Below are positions 18,023 to 28,600 of a stretch of 64,000 nt of DNA, one piece after another. Numbering within the stretch: the stretch's first letter is position 1; each line of letters starts with the position of its first letter. The stretch lies in assembly GCA_047602735.1 (NCBI GenBank), contig JBLKOK010000002.1, forward strand, positions 112,483 to 176,482, read 5' to 3'. The notes beneath the pieces are model-generated. The model searched no databases. It worked only from the letters and a program-made list of their open reading frames with translations, and was not told the origin of the DNA. The position numbers were made by a program, and so were the translations under genes. This stretch comes from Candidatus Woesearchaeota archaeon. GTDB taxonomy: Archaea > Nanobdellota > Nanobdellia > Woesearchaeales > 21-14-0-10-32-9.

Positions 18023-18130
18023 CTATATTATTCCTGCTATTTTGCTTACTGCATATATCATTAAGAGTATTGTTGCTATAGTTACAATTAATACTACAAA
18101 TGTTTGTATAGATGCTTTTTTGTGTAGCAT
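18023..18130 (-). CDS. 35-aa minimal pilin-like micro-protein (below the ORF-track cut-off)
   Basis: Own translation: MLHKKASIQTFVVLIVTIATILLMIYAVSKIAGII. It has the KKA + hydrophobic helix pattern of the neighbouring pilin-like genes. Its stop lies 1 nt before the next ATG. Confidence 0.4.
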   Translation of the reverse strand: MLHKKASIQTFVVLIVTIATILLMIYAVSKIAGII

Positions 18131-18179
18131 ATAGTATACTAGTATATTAAGAACTTATAAATTTTGTTGTTTTAGCTAG

Positions 18180-19331
18180 TTAAATAATCTCACAAGTTTC
18201 TAACCTTTGAGCATTTAAACCACTTACAGGTTCATCATTAATATGAGATACTAAACAAAGACCAGTAGGTTCTATAAGCGTAGTTCCAACAGTACCCCTA
18301 CTCCAATTATTTAAAGTATAATAATAAGACCAAGTTAAATTATTATCAACCCCTGGATTTACATCAGTAGTTTGTATTTGAGATTGACAATTATACTCAT
18401 ATGTAAAAAAATCAGGACCTCTCATAACTTGATTTATTTGACAATTAGCAATAGGAACCTCATTACCAGACGATTTGTTATACCATTGAGCTAAAGCCAT
18501 ACACGCCACGAACTGAGGATTAGAGTCACTACAAAAAGAATCTTTCCTTTGGCTATCAGAAGATTCACTTGTTAAACTAGATACTGGAGGAATAGTATCC
18601 TCACCAGAAGCAGACCCAGATTCTTCAATTAAATAAAACACAGTTCTAGAACGTAGCTCTTCTGAAGGCTCAAGAATATCTACAGTGACTCTTGCTCTTG
18701 GAGTTTCAATAATATTTCTTAATTCAGTATAAGTTACTTCAAAAGGACTATGTATATTAGAATCACACCCCTCAAATTTAGATAAAACAACATTATATTC
18801 GGGAAACATCACAGGTCCACTTATTTCTTCAACAGTCATATTACACAAAGCAAATCTAGGCGAACTAACTTGTACACGAATGTACCCTCCTATCTGATTG
18901 CCCAATATACTTAACTCCATATTATTAGCTAAATCGATCCTCCTATCAAGATGAGGATGATAACTAAAAATACTATGTTGTAAAGGCTCTCTTGTTACTT
19001 GTTCTTCTTCAGTTTCGTTTTGTTGACCAGTTTGATTACCAATTTCACCAGTAAGATCACTTTCTGACCTGTTTTCTCTGTTTCTTAAGTCTTCTGGAGT
19101 TACACAACAAACTTGATCTCTTCTTTCAGCTTGTCCTGGTAATAAACAAGTACTTGCATATTGCATCTCTGCTGGAAAATTACAACTAGACCTACATGTT
19201 CCAGGACATGTTTCTATGTTAGTTCTTGCATTATCTACATATCTATAAAGTACAAGAACGCTTATACCTAATATAACTAAAACAATTATTATTTTAAGAA
19301 CCTGTGACCAAGTATTTGCTTTTTTGTTCAT
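18180..19331 (-). CDS. Type IV pilin-like protein: prepilin N-terminus + 6-Cys knot + about 300 aa extension
   Basis: 383 aa, N-terminus MNKKANTWSQVLKIIIVLVILGISVLVLY, then ETCPGTCRSSC..STC..QVCC. This is the same C..C..C..C..CC pattern as the three mini-pilins downstream. Confidence 0.6.
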   Translation of the reverse strand: MNKKANTWSQVLKIIIVLVILGISVLVLYRYVDNARTNIETCPGTCRSSCNFPAEMQYASTCLLPGQAERRDQVCCVTPEDLRNRENRSESDLTGEIGNQTGQQNETEEEQVTREPLQHSIFSYHPHLDRRIDLANNMELSILGNQIGGYIRVQVSSPRFALCNMTVEEISGPVMFPEYNVVLSKFEGCDSNIHSPFEVTYTELRNIIETPRARVTVDILEPSEELRSRTVFYLIEESGSASGEDTIPPVSSLTSESSDSQRKDSFCSDSNPQFVACMALAQWYNKSSGNEVPIANCQINQVMRGPDFFTYEYNCQSQIQTTDVNPGVDNNLTWSYYYTLNNWSRGTVGTTLIEPTGLCLVSHINDEPVSGLNAQRLETCEII

Positions 19332-19341
19332 TTTAAAAAAA

Positions 19342-19599
19342 CTATGTGTCTCGCCTCATAAGACAACATACATCTCCTTGAACATTGCATCTAGCCCCCG
19401 AGTTTACTATTCCTTGAACGTCATCACATGCTTGACGAGACATACAATCAGCATCGGTATTATCTCCTAAGCTTTCACAAGTAGTGCTTCTTACTAGTCC
19501 GTCTGTTGATCTAAATACAAATACTGTTAGAATTACTAAAACCAGCATAGCTATTGCTGCCATAACCACAATGTTTATACTAAGTTCTGCTTTTTTCAT
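19342..19599 (-). CDS. Mini type IV pilin-like protein with a 6-Cys knot (paralog 3 of 3)
   Basis: 85 aa: MKKAELSINIVVMAAIAMLVLVILTVFVFRSTDGL.. then TTC..ADC..QAC..ARC..VCC. Confidence 0.65.
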   Translation of the reverse strand: MKKAELSINIVVMAAIAMLVLVILTVFVFRSTDGLVRSTTCESLGDNTDADCMSRQACDDVQGIVNSGARCNVQGDVCCLMRRDT

Positions 19600-19612
19600 T
19601 TATATTTCACCA

Positions 19613-19897
19613 TTAATTTGAAGTGTTTCCAATTAATCTAGCATGAGGTCTACAACAAACAAAACCAGATTGTGAACACAAATCCGCTCCATTACCACCA
19701 CCAATTGTCGATCCATCATCAGTGCGACATTGAGTATTTAAAACACATGATCCTCCTTGTCTAAGACAATCAGTTTCTGTTCTAAAAGAATCAGACGTGT
19801 TGAAGAATACAAATATCATTATTACAAGTATTAAGAGTCCTATAATTATAAGTACAATCATAGATATGCTTATTTCTGCTTTTTTATTTATTTTCAT
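19613..19897 (-). CDS. Mini type IV pilin-like protein with a 6-Cys knot (paralog 2 of 3)
   Basis: 94 aa: MKINKKAEISISMIVLIIIGLLILVIMIFVFF.. then TDC..GSC..TQC..DLC..VCC. Confidence 0.65.
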   Translation of the reverse strand: MKINKKAEISISMIVLIIIGLLILVIMIFVFFNTSDSFRTETDCLRQGGSCVLNTQCRTDDGSTIGGGNGADLCSQSGFVCCRPHARLIGNTSN

Positions 19898-19907
19898 TTT
19901 TTAAATA

Positions 19908-20186
19908 TTAACTGCTGCTATCTGGAATCATACAACAACGCTGATTCGATTCAGGACATGCCGCTGTAGGATGAATAAGACCATTTTGAGCTCTACAAGA
20001 CTGTCTTCCAGCATCAGTGTTATCTACACATTGAACCATTATATTTTGGCCAAGTCCATCATTACAAGTAGTTGCTCTCCTTAATCCATCTGATGATCTG
20101 AATACAAAAACTGTTAAAATTACGAGAACAAGCATTGCAATAGCTGCCATGACGACAACGTTTATGCTTATTTCACCTTTTTTCAT
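19908..20186 (-). CDS. Mini type IV pilin-like protein with a 6-Cys knot (paralog 1 of 3)
   Basis: 92 aa: MKKGEISINVVVMAAIAMLVLVILTVFVFRSSDGL.. then TTC..VQC..QSC..AAC..RCC. The N-terminal 35 aa are nearly identical to the 19342-19599 product. GGAGGT lies 8 nt upstream of the ATG. Confidence 0.65.
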   Translation of the reverse strand: MKKGEISINVVVMAAIAMLVLVILTVFVFRSSDGLRRATTCNDGLGQNIMVQCVDNTDAGRQSCRAQNGLIHPTAACPESNQRCCMIPDSSS

Positions 20187-20241
20187 TTGATTATACCTCC
20201 ATTATACGATAATAATTTTATTTAGTCTTATATAAAGTTTA

Positions 20242-20739
20242 CTATATGCACAGTCTTAAAAGCATTCTTGCTTGACTAAGACTTAATGGTATGGGCTGTG
20301 TTCTTGTGGTAAATAGTTGTTGTGAGTCACAGTTTCTTTCTATATTTGTTATATTTGGACCTCCTATTATTTCTATTACTATGTTATATCTATAGTTGAA
20401 TTTTCCTAGTGTGTCGTTTGCTACTTTTTCTATTGTTTTGTTTAAATATTCGCAAACAGAGTCGTCGTCGTTACACATAAAGTTTGGTTGTCTTACACAT
20501 ATATTTATTAATTCGTTTATTTTTAAGTGATTTTGATTTGCATTTTTACAGTCTGTGCTTGATTCCATTAAAACCGGTCCGAAGTTTGAAGGTATATTTT
20601 CATCTAAGAATTCTTCTACTGCATCTACTCGCTCTTCTGCGTCTCTTACTGTAAATACTGCTATGAATAAGAATACTACTGCTAGTACTGCTATTATTAG
20701 TACTAGTCCTATCATTTCCATTTGTGCTTTTTTTACCAT
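20242..20739 (-). CDS. Type IV pilin-like protein (class III signal peptide)
   Basis: 165 aa, N-terminus MVKKAQMEMIGLVLIIAVLAVVFLFIAV. Confidence 0.6.
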   Translation of the reverse strand: MVKKAQMEMIGLVLIIAVLAVVFLFIAVFTVRDAEERVDAVEEFLDENIPSNFGPVLMESSTDCKNANQNHLKINELINICVRQPNFMCNDDDSVCEYLNKTIEKVANDTLGKFNYRYNIVIEIIGGPNITNIERNCDSQQLFTTRTQPIPLSLSQARMLLRLCI

Positions 20740-21209
20740 AGCGTCACTACCTCTAATAATGCGAAGTGATATACATCTTCTAAAGGATCATTTACTAATA
20801 AAGGTATTTGAATCGGTGTTCTTGATGAAGCATTTTCGTTTGTTGGTGTTGCAATAGATATTACATCAGATGTATGGCTTGGATTTATTATATGTAATGT
20901 TATATTTGTGTTTCCAAAACGCTCCACTTTATACGAAGGGTTTTGTTCTAGATATTTAGCAAATGCTTTTGCTTTGTATAAATCTATACATCTTTCTACT
21001 GCTGTTTGTCTTCTTGTACATCTAAGTTCAGGTAGATTTCCTAGTTGGCTTGCTATTGCAAGTGCTGAGAGTTCTAATCTTTCTTGTGCTTGTCTTGGTA
21101 TTTCATCTCTTTGAAAATTTGATGCAATTATCAATCCAAATATTATTATTATGCTAAGTATTATTAGCACCATTATTGTTTCTGCGCTTTGTATTTGTGC
21201 TTTTTTCAT
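20733..21209 (-). CDS. Type IV pilin-like protein (class III signal peptide)
   Basis: 158 aa, N-terminus MKKAQIQSAETIMVLIILSIIIIFGLII (resembles the Q-x-S-x-E class III motif). Confidence 0.6.
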   Translation of the reverse strand: MKKAQIQSAETIMVLIILSIIIIFGLIIASNFQRDEIPRQAQERLELSALAIASQLGNLPELRCTRRQTAVERCIDLYKAKAFAKYLEQNPSYKVERFGNTNITLHIINPSHTSDVISIATPTNENASSRTPIQIPLLVNDPLEDVYHFALLEVVTLW

Positions 21210-21218
21210 TTTTTTTAT

Positions 21219-22142
21219 CTAATATATTGTCGGGCATCCCAGTCTTTCTAATTCTCTGTTTCTTTGATCTAACTCAATTGATTTTGTCCTAAATGTTGGT
21301 AAGTCTAAATTAAAATCTAAATCTATATTAGTATTGTTATATAGAGATTGGCAGTTTGCTGAGAGTTTGTCTGATATGTTGTCTTTTCTTTCTGATAAGA
21401 CGAATTTCATTCTTTCAAAGCTTTGATTTATTTTTTGAAAATTACAATTTGCTAACTCGTATTCTCCTGTAATTATTGCTCCTAGTGCCATTTCTTGTGA
21501 GAAAAAATTAAGCGAGTTGCCGTCATCAAATATTATTTGTCCATTTGAAGTGTTTATTTTTATTACATCTATGTTTTGCGTTGAAGTACTCGAATCTGTT
21601 GGAGTCGTAACATACACTACTTTTCTATGATCTCTTGCTGCAATTTCTGCATCAGAATACCCTCCTATAGATTTTGAGAATATACTTGGTAACCAGTTAT
21701 GATAGCTTGTAAGAGCAGAGTTAAATACGTAGTGAGTGTTTGTATCAGTTAGTAGGAGTGTTGATGTTGTTAAAAAAGGAAGGTTTTCTCTCAGAGTCAA
21801 TGTTGCTAGCTGTGAGTTTCCTATTATTCTTGGCGTGAATACTATTGAGTTTTCTAGGTATTGCGAAGACGAACTTCTTATTTGTCTAAATTCGTGTACT
21901 CCTTCTCTGCAACTAAATTCTAGTTCGTAATTTGCTCTTTGGTGGAGTTGTGCTGTGTTTGGGTTTGATTGTATTGATTCGAATATATTTGACATTCTCT
22001 CAGTTATTGTTTTTGCTAAATCTTCTTGGCTTGATTCTGTTCGATTGTTTATTAGCATAATAAAAAACATCATTATTGCAAATCCTGCTATTAAAACAAA
22101 TATCCAATTAAAACTTACTTCTACTTGTGCTTTTTTATTCAT
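21219..22142 (-). CDS. Type IV pilin-like protein (class III signal peptide)
   Basis: 307 aa, N-terminus MNKKAQVEVSFNWIFVLIAGFAIMMFFIML. Confidence 0.6.
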   Translation of the reverse strand: MNKKAQVEVSFNWIFVLIAGFAIMMFFIMLINNRTESSQEDLAKTITERMSNIFESIQSNPNTAQLHQRANYELEFSCREGVHEFRQIRSSSSQYLENSIVFTPRIIGNSQLATLTLRENLPFLTTSTLLLTDTNTHYVFNSALTSYHNWLPSIFSKSIGGYSDAEIAARDHRKVVYVTTPTDSSTSTQNIDVIKINTSNGQIIFDDGNSLNFFSQEMALGAIITGEYELANCNFQKINQSFERMKFVLSERKDNISDKLSANCQSLYNNTNIDLDFNLDLPTFRTKSIELDQRNRELERLGCPTIY

Positions 22143-22600
22143 GGGAGAGAAACGCTTACTTTTCCTTGTCCTATTCCTTCTAATCTAAATACGAATCTTC
22201 CTGCTGTTGAGTTTATACACAATTGCTCTGGAGGGCGTTCTATAGATGGATTTTGAAATAGTGGTTCCATAAATCTTCCTTGTCTTAAAAAGACGTTTTC
22301 TGCTTCAGCAGTCATACTTGCATCTATTACAGGATCAGGATTTTCTCCTGGTGGTCCTCCAAAGCATATTTGATCGTAGTTACAAGGCGCTCTTAGATTT
22401 ATTTCTTGTACGAATCCAAATCTTGTGTTTCTTTCTATGTCTGACCCTAATTGTGTTTTGAATCTTTCATATTCTACTTGGCATCCTTGTCCCATTATGT
22501 TAGATACTGATCTAAATCCTATTATTAACATTGCTCCAACTACTATTATCACCATTATGTATATGAATACTTGTTGTGTTTGTGCTTTTTTAGTCATCAT
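22139..22600 (-). CDS. Type IV pilin-like protein (class III signal peptide)
   Basis: 153 aa, N-terminus MMTKKAQTQQVFIYIMVIIVVGAMLIIGF. Its start overlaps the 3' end of the 3026-aa gene. Confidence 0.6.
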   Translation of the reverse strand: MMTKKAQTQQVFIYIMVIIVVGAMLIIGFRSVSNIMGQGCQVEYERFKTQLGSDIERNTRFGFVQEINLRAPCNYDQICFGGPPGENPDPVIDASMTAEAENVFLRQGRFMEPLFQNPSIERPPEQLCINSTAGRFVFRLEGIGQGKVSVSLP

Positions 22601-25600
22601 CTTTATTTTCTGCTATTTTTCTTAGTTTGTCTAAGTAGCTTTCCTCTTCTTCTGGTTTTTTTGTATTTGTATTTTTAGGTTCTGGTTTTTTAGATTTTGT
22701 ATCCTTATCGGCTTGTGTTTTTAAATTATCACTATTATCTTTTTTATTATCTAACTTTGTTTTTTTAACTTCTTCTTGTTTAGTGGTTTTTGAAGTAGTG
22801 CTTGTTTTTGATTGTGGTTTTTTAGTTATTTTTGTTTTTTTAATTATTGGTTTTGGTGATGATTTGATTAGTGGGCTGTCGTCAAATTCATCAAATATTT
22901 TGTTTCTATTTGCTGCCCTTTTCTTTATTTTCATTTTAGCTAACTCTTTTTTCAAACGATCCACACTTTGTTTTTTCTTAACATCTTCTTCTCTTCTTAT
23001 ATCTTGATTTGTATCATGTGTTTTTACGTTTAAGAGTTCAGGTATTTGTGATCTGAAACTTTGAGCTTGGTCTTGTTTATTAGTATTAGGACTTGGTGCT
23101 CCGAAATAGTTGTTTGATGTTGATCCTTTGTTTTTCTTTAAGTAGTCATCGTAGTAAATAAGTCCTCCACCTACTATTATTAGTATCAGGCTTAAGAATA
23201 GTAATATTATTGAGAGTATACTTGATTCTTCTTCCGGGTCTTGCGAAATAGTTCTGTCTGTTATTTCTTTTTCTACTTCAGGCCTACAACTTCCACCTAT
23301 ACATAATTCTCCTTGTTCACAGTCTGAATTAAGTTGGCACGTATTGGTTTCTTTCATACAATCTATGCATCCTGCTGCACACATTCCGTTTTCACAATTT
23401 CCAGAGATACATTGATCATCTGATGTACACGGACGTCCTATCTCACATGTTGGACAATCTCCACCACATACCACTTGTATTCCTAGCTCATTAAAGCAAC
23501 TATCTGTTGATGGAGTCGATGATGATGGTCTTATAGTGAATATTTGTGATTTTGTATCGTTGTTATCATTAAAGTCATATACTGCGTAACAAAATTTCGC
23601 TGTTTTTTCTAATTTTATTGTTGTGTTTAATTTTTTTGCATCGTTAAAAGAGCATTCTTCTGATGTATTTGGATGAATACTATATCTAAATGATTCTCTA
23701 CATGCCCTATTATCCACACAATCAACCGTTAAATTATAATATAAACTATTTATAGGATCTGGATTTATTTGTAATAACGCCCTAGGAGGTATTACATCAC
23801 ATTGAACTATTGAACTATTTGATATCAAGAATTTTCTTGAAGTGAAATCTCCTCGGATACCTGCATTGCTTACTGCTCTTACACTAACGTCTAATTGAGC
23901 GCCGTCATGTTGCTCGTTTAATGGTATTCTAAGAGTTGAACTAGTTGTTTGGCCTTCTGTTTTATTATTCCCAATACTAAATTCGTATTCGTAACGATTT
24001 ATTCCAGAGGTCACTTCTGTTGCGTCTAATTCTATTTCAAAGCTTGATAAACTACAAGTATACTCGTGTGCAGTCATTGTTACGTTTGAAGGCTTTACTC
24101 TTGATACTTCAAATTCTTTTGTTACATCATAGCCTATCCAATCACATTTAACGCTTATTTCATAGTTTCCTTCAGCTAAACTCCTACTGGCGGTATGAGT
24201 TAAGCCGTTTTGAGATCTTTGTAATGGTTGATTTAAAGCAATTTCATTTGTTGCAAGAGTTTTAAGATCGAATGTACACGTATCCACTATTGTTGTTTGT
24301 ACTTCTATTTGTACTGGTTGCTCTCCTACTACGTCTTGAGGTTTTATTATTCTTGGTCTGCTATCTCTAGTGATTTCTAATTTTAATGTTTCGTTAACAA
24401 TTTTTTGTCTTGAAGTTAAATCTTCACATACAATAGTTATGGGTATTGTTGCTTTGTCATCATTTCCTAATATTCTTATGTTATTTGTGTTTATTGAACT
24501 GTAGTTATCTGAACTGTTAAATTGATTTTTATCAGATTTTTGTATTTGTACATCAAGATTTGAAGTGGTTGTTGCCCAACAAATAGCTTTTTGGTTAGTT
24601 TCTATTTGTAATACACTTATTTTATTTGAAGGATCTATTATAGTTCTTGGATTTAATTGTGTTTGTGTTATTTGTAACTCTTCTATATTTGAAGCAAGCA
24701 TTATTTGTTCATATATGTAGTCCTCAGTGCCTGTTTCTTTACATACTACATGCATCTCAACATAGCTTCCATCATAAGAATAACCCGTTCTGTGGTTTTG
24801 AAGGTCTAAATTTGATATTGTGAACGTGTTTTGAGTTGATTGATCGAAATCATTTAAATTATTTGAGGAACTAAATGTTTGGTTTATTCCTTCTGAATTT
24901 AATTGATTTCTAAATCCAGGTACAAAGCTATATTTACATTCGCTAGGTCTTGAAGACGTTAGTGTTAAATCAAATTCTTGTTGATTTGAGACTGCTATAA
25001 GGGGCTTTTCTTCAATTCCTGTTACTGGACTAGATACCCATATATCAACATCTCCAAGAATAACTGAGAACTCATTTGATATTGATTTATTATCTTGTGC
25101 ACAGTTAATTGTGATATTATAGTAACCTTCTGGTAAATTATTAACAGTGGTCCTATGTTCTTTACCGGAGTTTAACCTTTGTAAATTGCCAGTTCTTGAA
25201 GTGTTGCCTTCAATATTATAAGTACACGTATCTGGATGCCTAGTTGTTGCATATATATTTACGTTTTGTGTTCTTATTCTTCCAATAGGTGAGGAGAGCG
25301 TTATTTTTTGAGGTAAAATATTTTTTTGGAAAGATGATTGGTTAACTGCTTCTAATCTAGCTCTATTTTTACAAGTAGCTGTAAATGTTATGTTTTCTAT
25401 TTCATCTAAAGACCCTTGATAATTTATTTCGAACTCGTGGTTTTGCCTAAAACCATCAACTATATTATATGGCTGCTGAGATATTATTGTCAGACCTTCA
25501 AAATCTGCTTCTAAGTTACAAGTAGTTCTATCGTCTGTTTCAACATAAATTGTTTGTTGTATTCCATTTCTATTAGTATATTCACTTATTGATGAAGTTA

Positions 25601-28600
25601 TATTAATATTCGGCGGAGTTGTGTCTGCACCTACTTTTATTTCTCCAAAGTAAAACTTAGTTTGATTTTCTAGTTCTCTACATATTATTTGAATAGGTAA
25701 AAAATCATATTCTTGACCGCTAAATCCATAAGTTGGATATATACTTGTTAAATCAAAGTTATTTGCTGTTAAAATAGATTGTTGAGGATTAAAAGTGTTA
25801 AATTCAGTAAATGAGTTAAATGCTTGTTGTAGTTGCTCATTAGATGATTGTGTGTTTAAATTATTATTAAATCCATATGCACAATTATTTGTAACATTTA
25901 TAGGTCCTACTCGTATACTTAAATCAAATTCTTTTTTATCTGAATAGGCAAAAGGATAAGGTTCTTGGCTTAAAGGAGGTCTTGGGCTGTGAACTCTTAC
26001 TGAAAACGGACTGGTGTCAACTACAAATCTTTGAATTTCTTCATCAAATCCAGAAATACCACATCTCACTCTTAATTCATATGATCCACTTGACAAACCA
26101 CTTATTGTGGTTGTATGATTAAAATTATTAGGTCTTATTGTTTGGAGAACTCTAAAGTTAGACCATTGAACGGTTGGAGTATCAATTCTAGCATAACTAT
26201 ATTCACATTTATCTCTTAAAATAGTGTTTACTTCTATATCTAATTGGTCACTAAAGACATATTGGTTTGGTGTTGGTTTTATTATATTTATTTGTTGTTC
26301 GACAAATTCTGTTCGTATAGTTATTGTTTCTGTTGTAGTACGCCCTGCCGCGTTTTCACATGTAACATCAAATTCGTGATCCGAATTATCTTGTGCAAAT
26401 CTAATGATACTATCAAATGTTCTTGAAAAATCATATACATTCTTAAATTCATAACCATCATGATATTTAGTTATACTAGATATATTCGGGCCTGATGTTT
26501 GACTTATTGTACATAGTGCAAAATCATCAGAAATTATCCTTATTTCTGAAGAGGCATCTTGACTGTTTTTTACTATTTCATCAGATAATTCTATTTCTAT
26601 ATTAGGAGGAGTTATATCTGCACCTAAGTATATTCTTGTATATCTGTATTGATCATCATCAGAACATATTACGTGCATATTTCTAAATACTTCGTTTCTT
26701 TCTCCCCCGCCTGATAAATTATAAGTTCCACCACTAATACGAGTGTTGTTTAGCATATTTATAGATAGTGTTTGAGTTAGTTGTGTTTCTGAAAAACTAA
26801 ACTGGTTGGCAGTCCAAGCATTATATCTATCTTCTAATTGATTTTGATCTTGCGGGTTTAATATTACATGATCAGTATTTATTATATATCTGCAAATTCC
26901 TTCATCTCTACTTTCTAAGACTAAATTAAAAGAAGAGTTATCACTAAAACCAAAATTACTACTACGAACCCTATTATTTTGCGGAGAAATAACAGTTATT
27001 GCAGGAGGACCAAACTCTCTAACTTCAATTGTTACATCTTTATTAAATCTTATTTGGTCATCTTCGTTTTTACAATCAAAGTCAAGGCTATACAAGGCTT
27101 CATTGTTTAAACTTAAACTATTTGAATAATGGGTTAATTTATTAATATTTTGAAGCATTAAAGTTGTTGAAACATTAGAATCTTGGTTTGTTATTTTTAA
27201 TTTACAAGTTGCAGGTAATAAAGTTGTTATATTTACAGGTATTTGACCAAAGGCATAAACAACATTTGCAGGTTGTATTATGTTTATTATTTGTTGATTT
27301 GTTAATGAAACATTTACTATAACGTTATGTGTTTGATTTAATGAAGCTAAATTATAACAAACAGTTTTAATATCATACGTTTCTGGTTCATTAACTGAAG
27401 TATTAATAAATCTGGCTCTTGAACTCATTTGTTTTTTAAATCCTTGATAAGAATTTGTTTGAGGGTTAAATGAGGATTGGTCAAAGTTTACTTGCCTATT
27501 ATCTTCTAAAGACAGTTCTAATTCTTGACATATTACGTCTTGGTTTGAATTTAATATCATTTGAGATATTGGGTGTCTTACTCTTAATATCGGGTTTGGA
27601 TTTGAAACTAAAGATATGTTTGGAGGAGTAGTAATATATCCTAATAATATAGGTTTAAAACCAAATGTAGACTCATTATTTTGATCTATACAAAATATGT
27701 TCCAATTCTGTAAATTTCCATCCGTAAATTGTTGATCTGGAAGATTTAATTGTATTTCATGATCAGAACTATTAATTGGAGAGAATCTAAAATCATTAAG
27801 TATATCATTATATGTCTTGTTGAGATCATTAAAGTCAATTTCGTTATTAATTAATCCACATAACACGTCTTCTACATCTGTTTTTATTTGCATATTTAGT
27901 TGTGGTGAATTTGATACTGCAAAATTTGGATTTTCAATTAGCTGATGTTGAGGATTTGTTATTCTTATTATTATGCCTAGATTTATAGGTATTTTGTGAA
28001 CCGTGTTATTTTTATGTCCTGCTAAGTTTTCACAACTAACATTTATTTCTAAGAATTTACTGTTTAGATGAGATAAATCTTGATCACTATTTATTACCAA
28101 TAAATTATTTTTTGTATACGTTTGATTAGTAGATGTATAATCATAACTATCTAAGTTAATTCCTTCAACTTTACATATACTAAGGTCATCTGTTTCAATA
28201 TTTATTCTTAGAGGACTTGTTAAGTTTTGTGTTTCTATTAAAGATTTATCATCATATATTTTTTCAAATATAGGCTGTGTACGGTCACTTCCAACCCAAA
28301 ATCTTTGGAATTGATATTTATCTCTTTCAAAACAAATTACGTCTATTTCTTTAAATAAAGGATTGTCTGAACCATCACCTAAGTAATCATCATAAAGATC
28401 TCTTACACTAAAGGAGTTATCATACATAACTAAACCATTTTTTGAGAAGCTTGTCAAATTAGCAGTTTCAAATATGTTTTTTAAATCCTCTTGAGCTTGA
28501 GATGTTACTACGCCAACCCCGAATTTACATTCGTGGAATTCTTTATCTGCTTGAATTGCAAGTCTAAAGTTATCTGAGTTTCCGTATGCGATTTCTTGTG

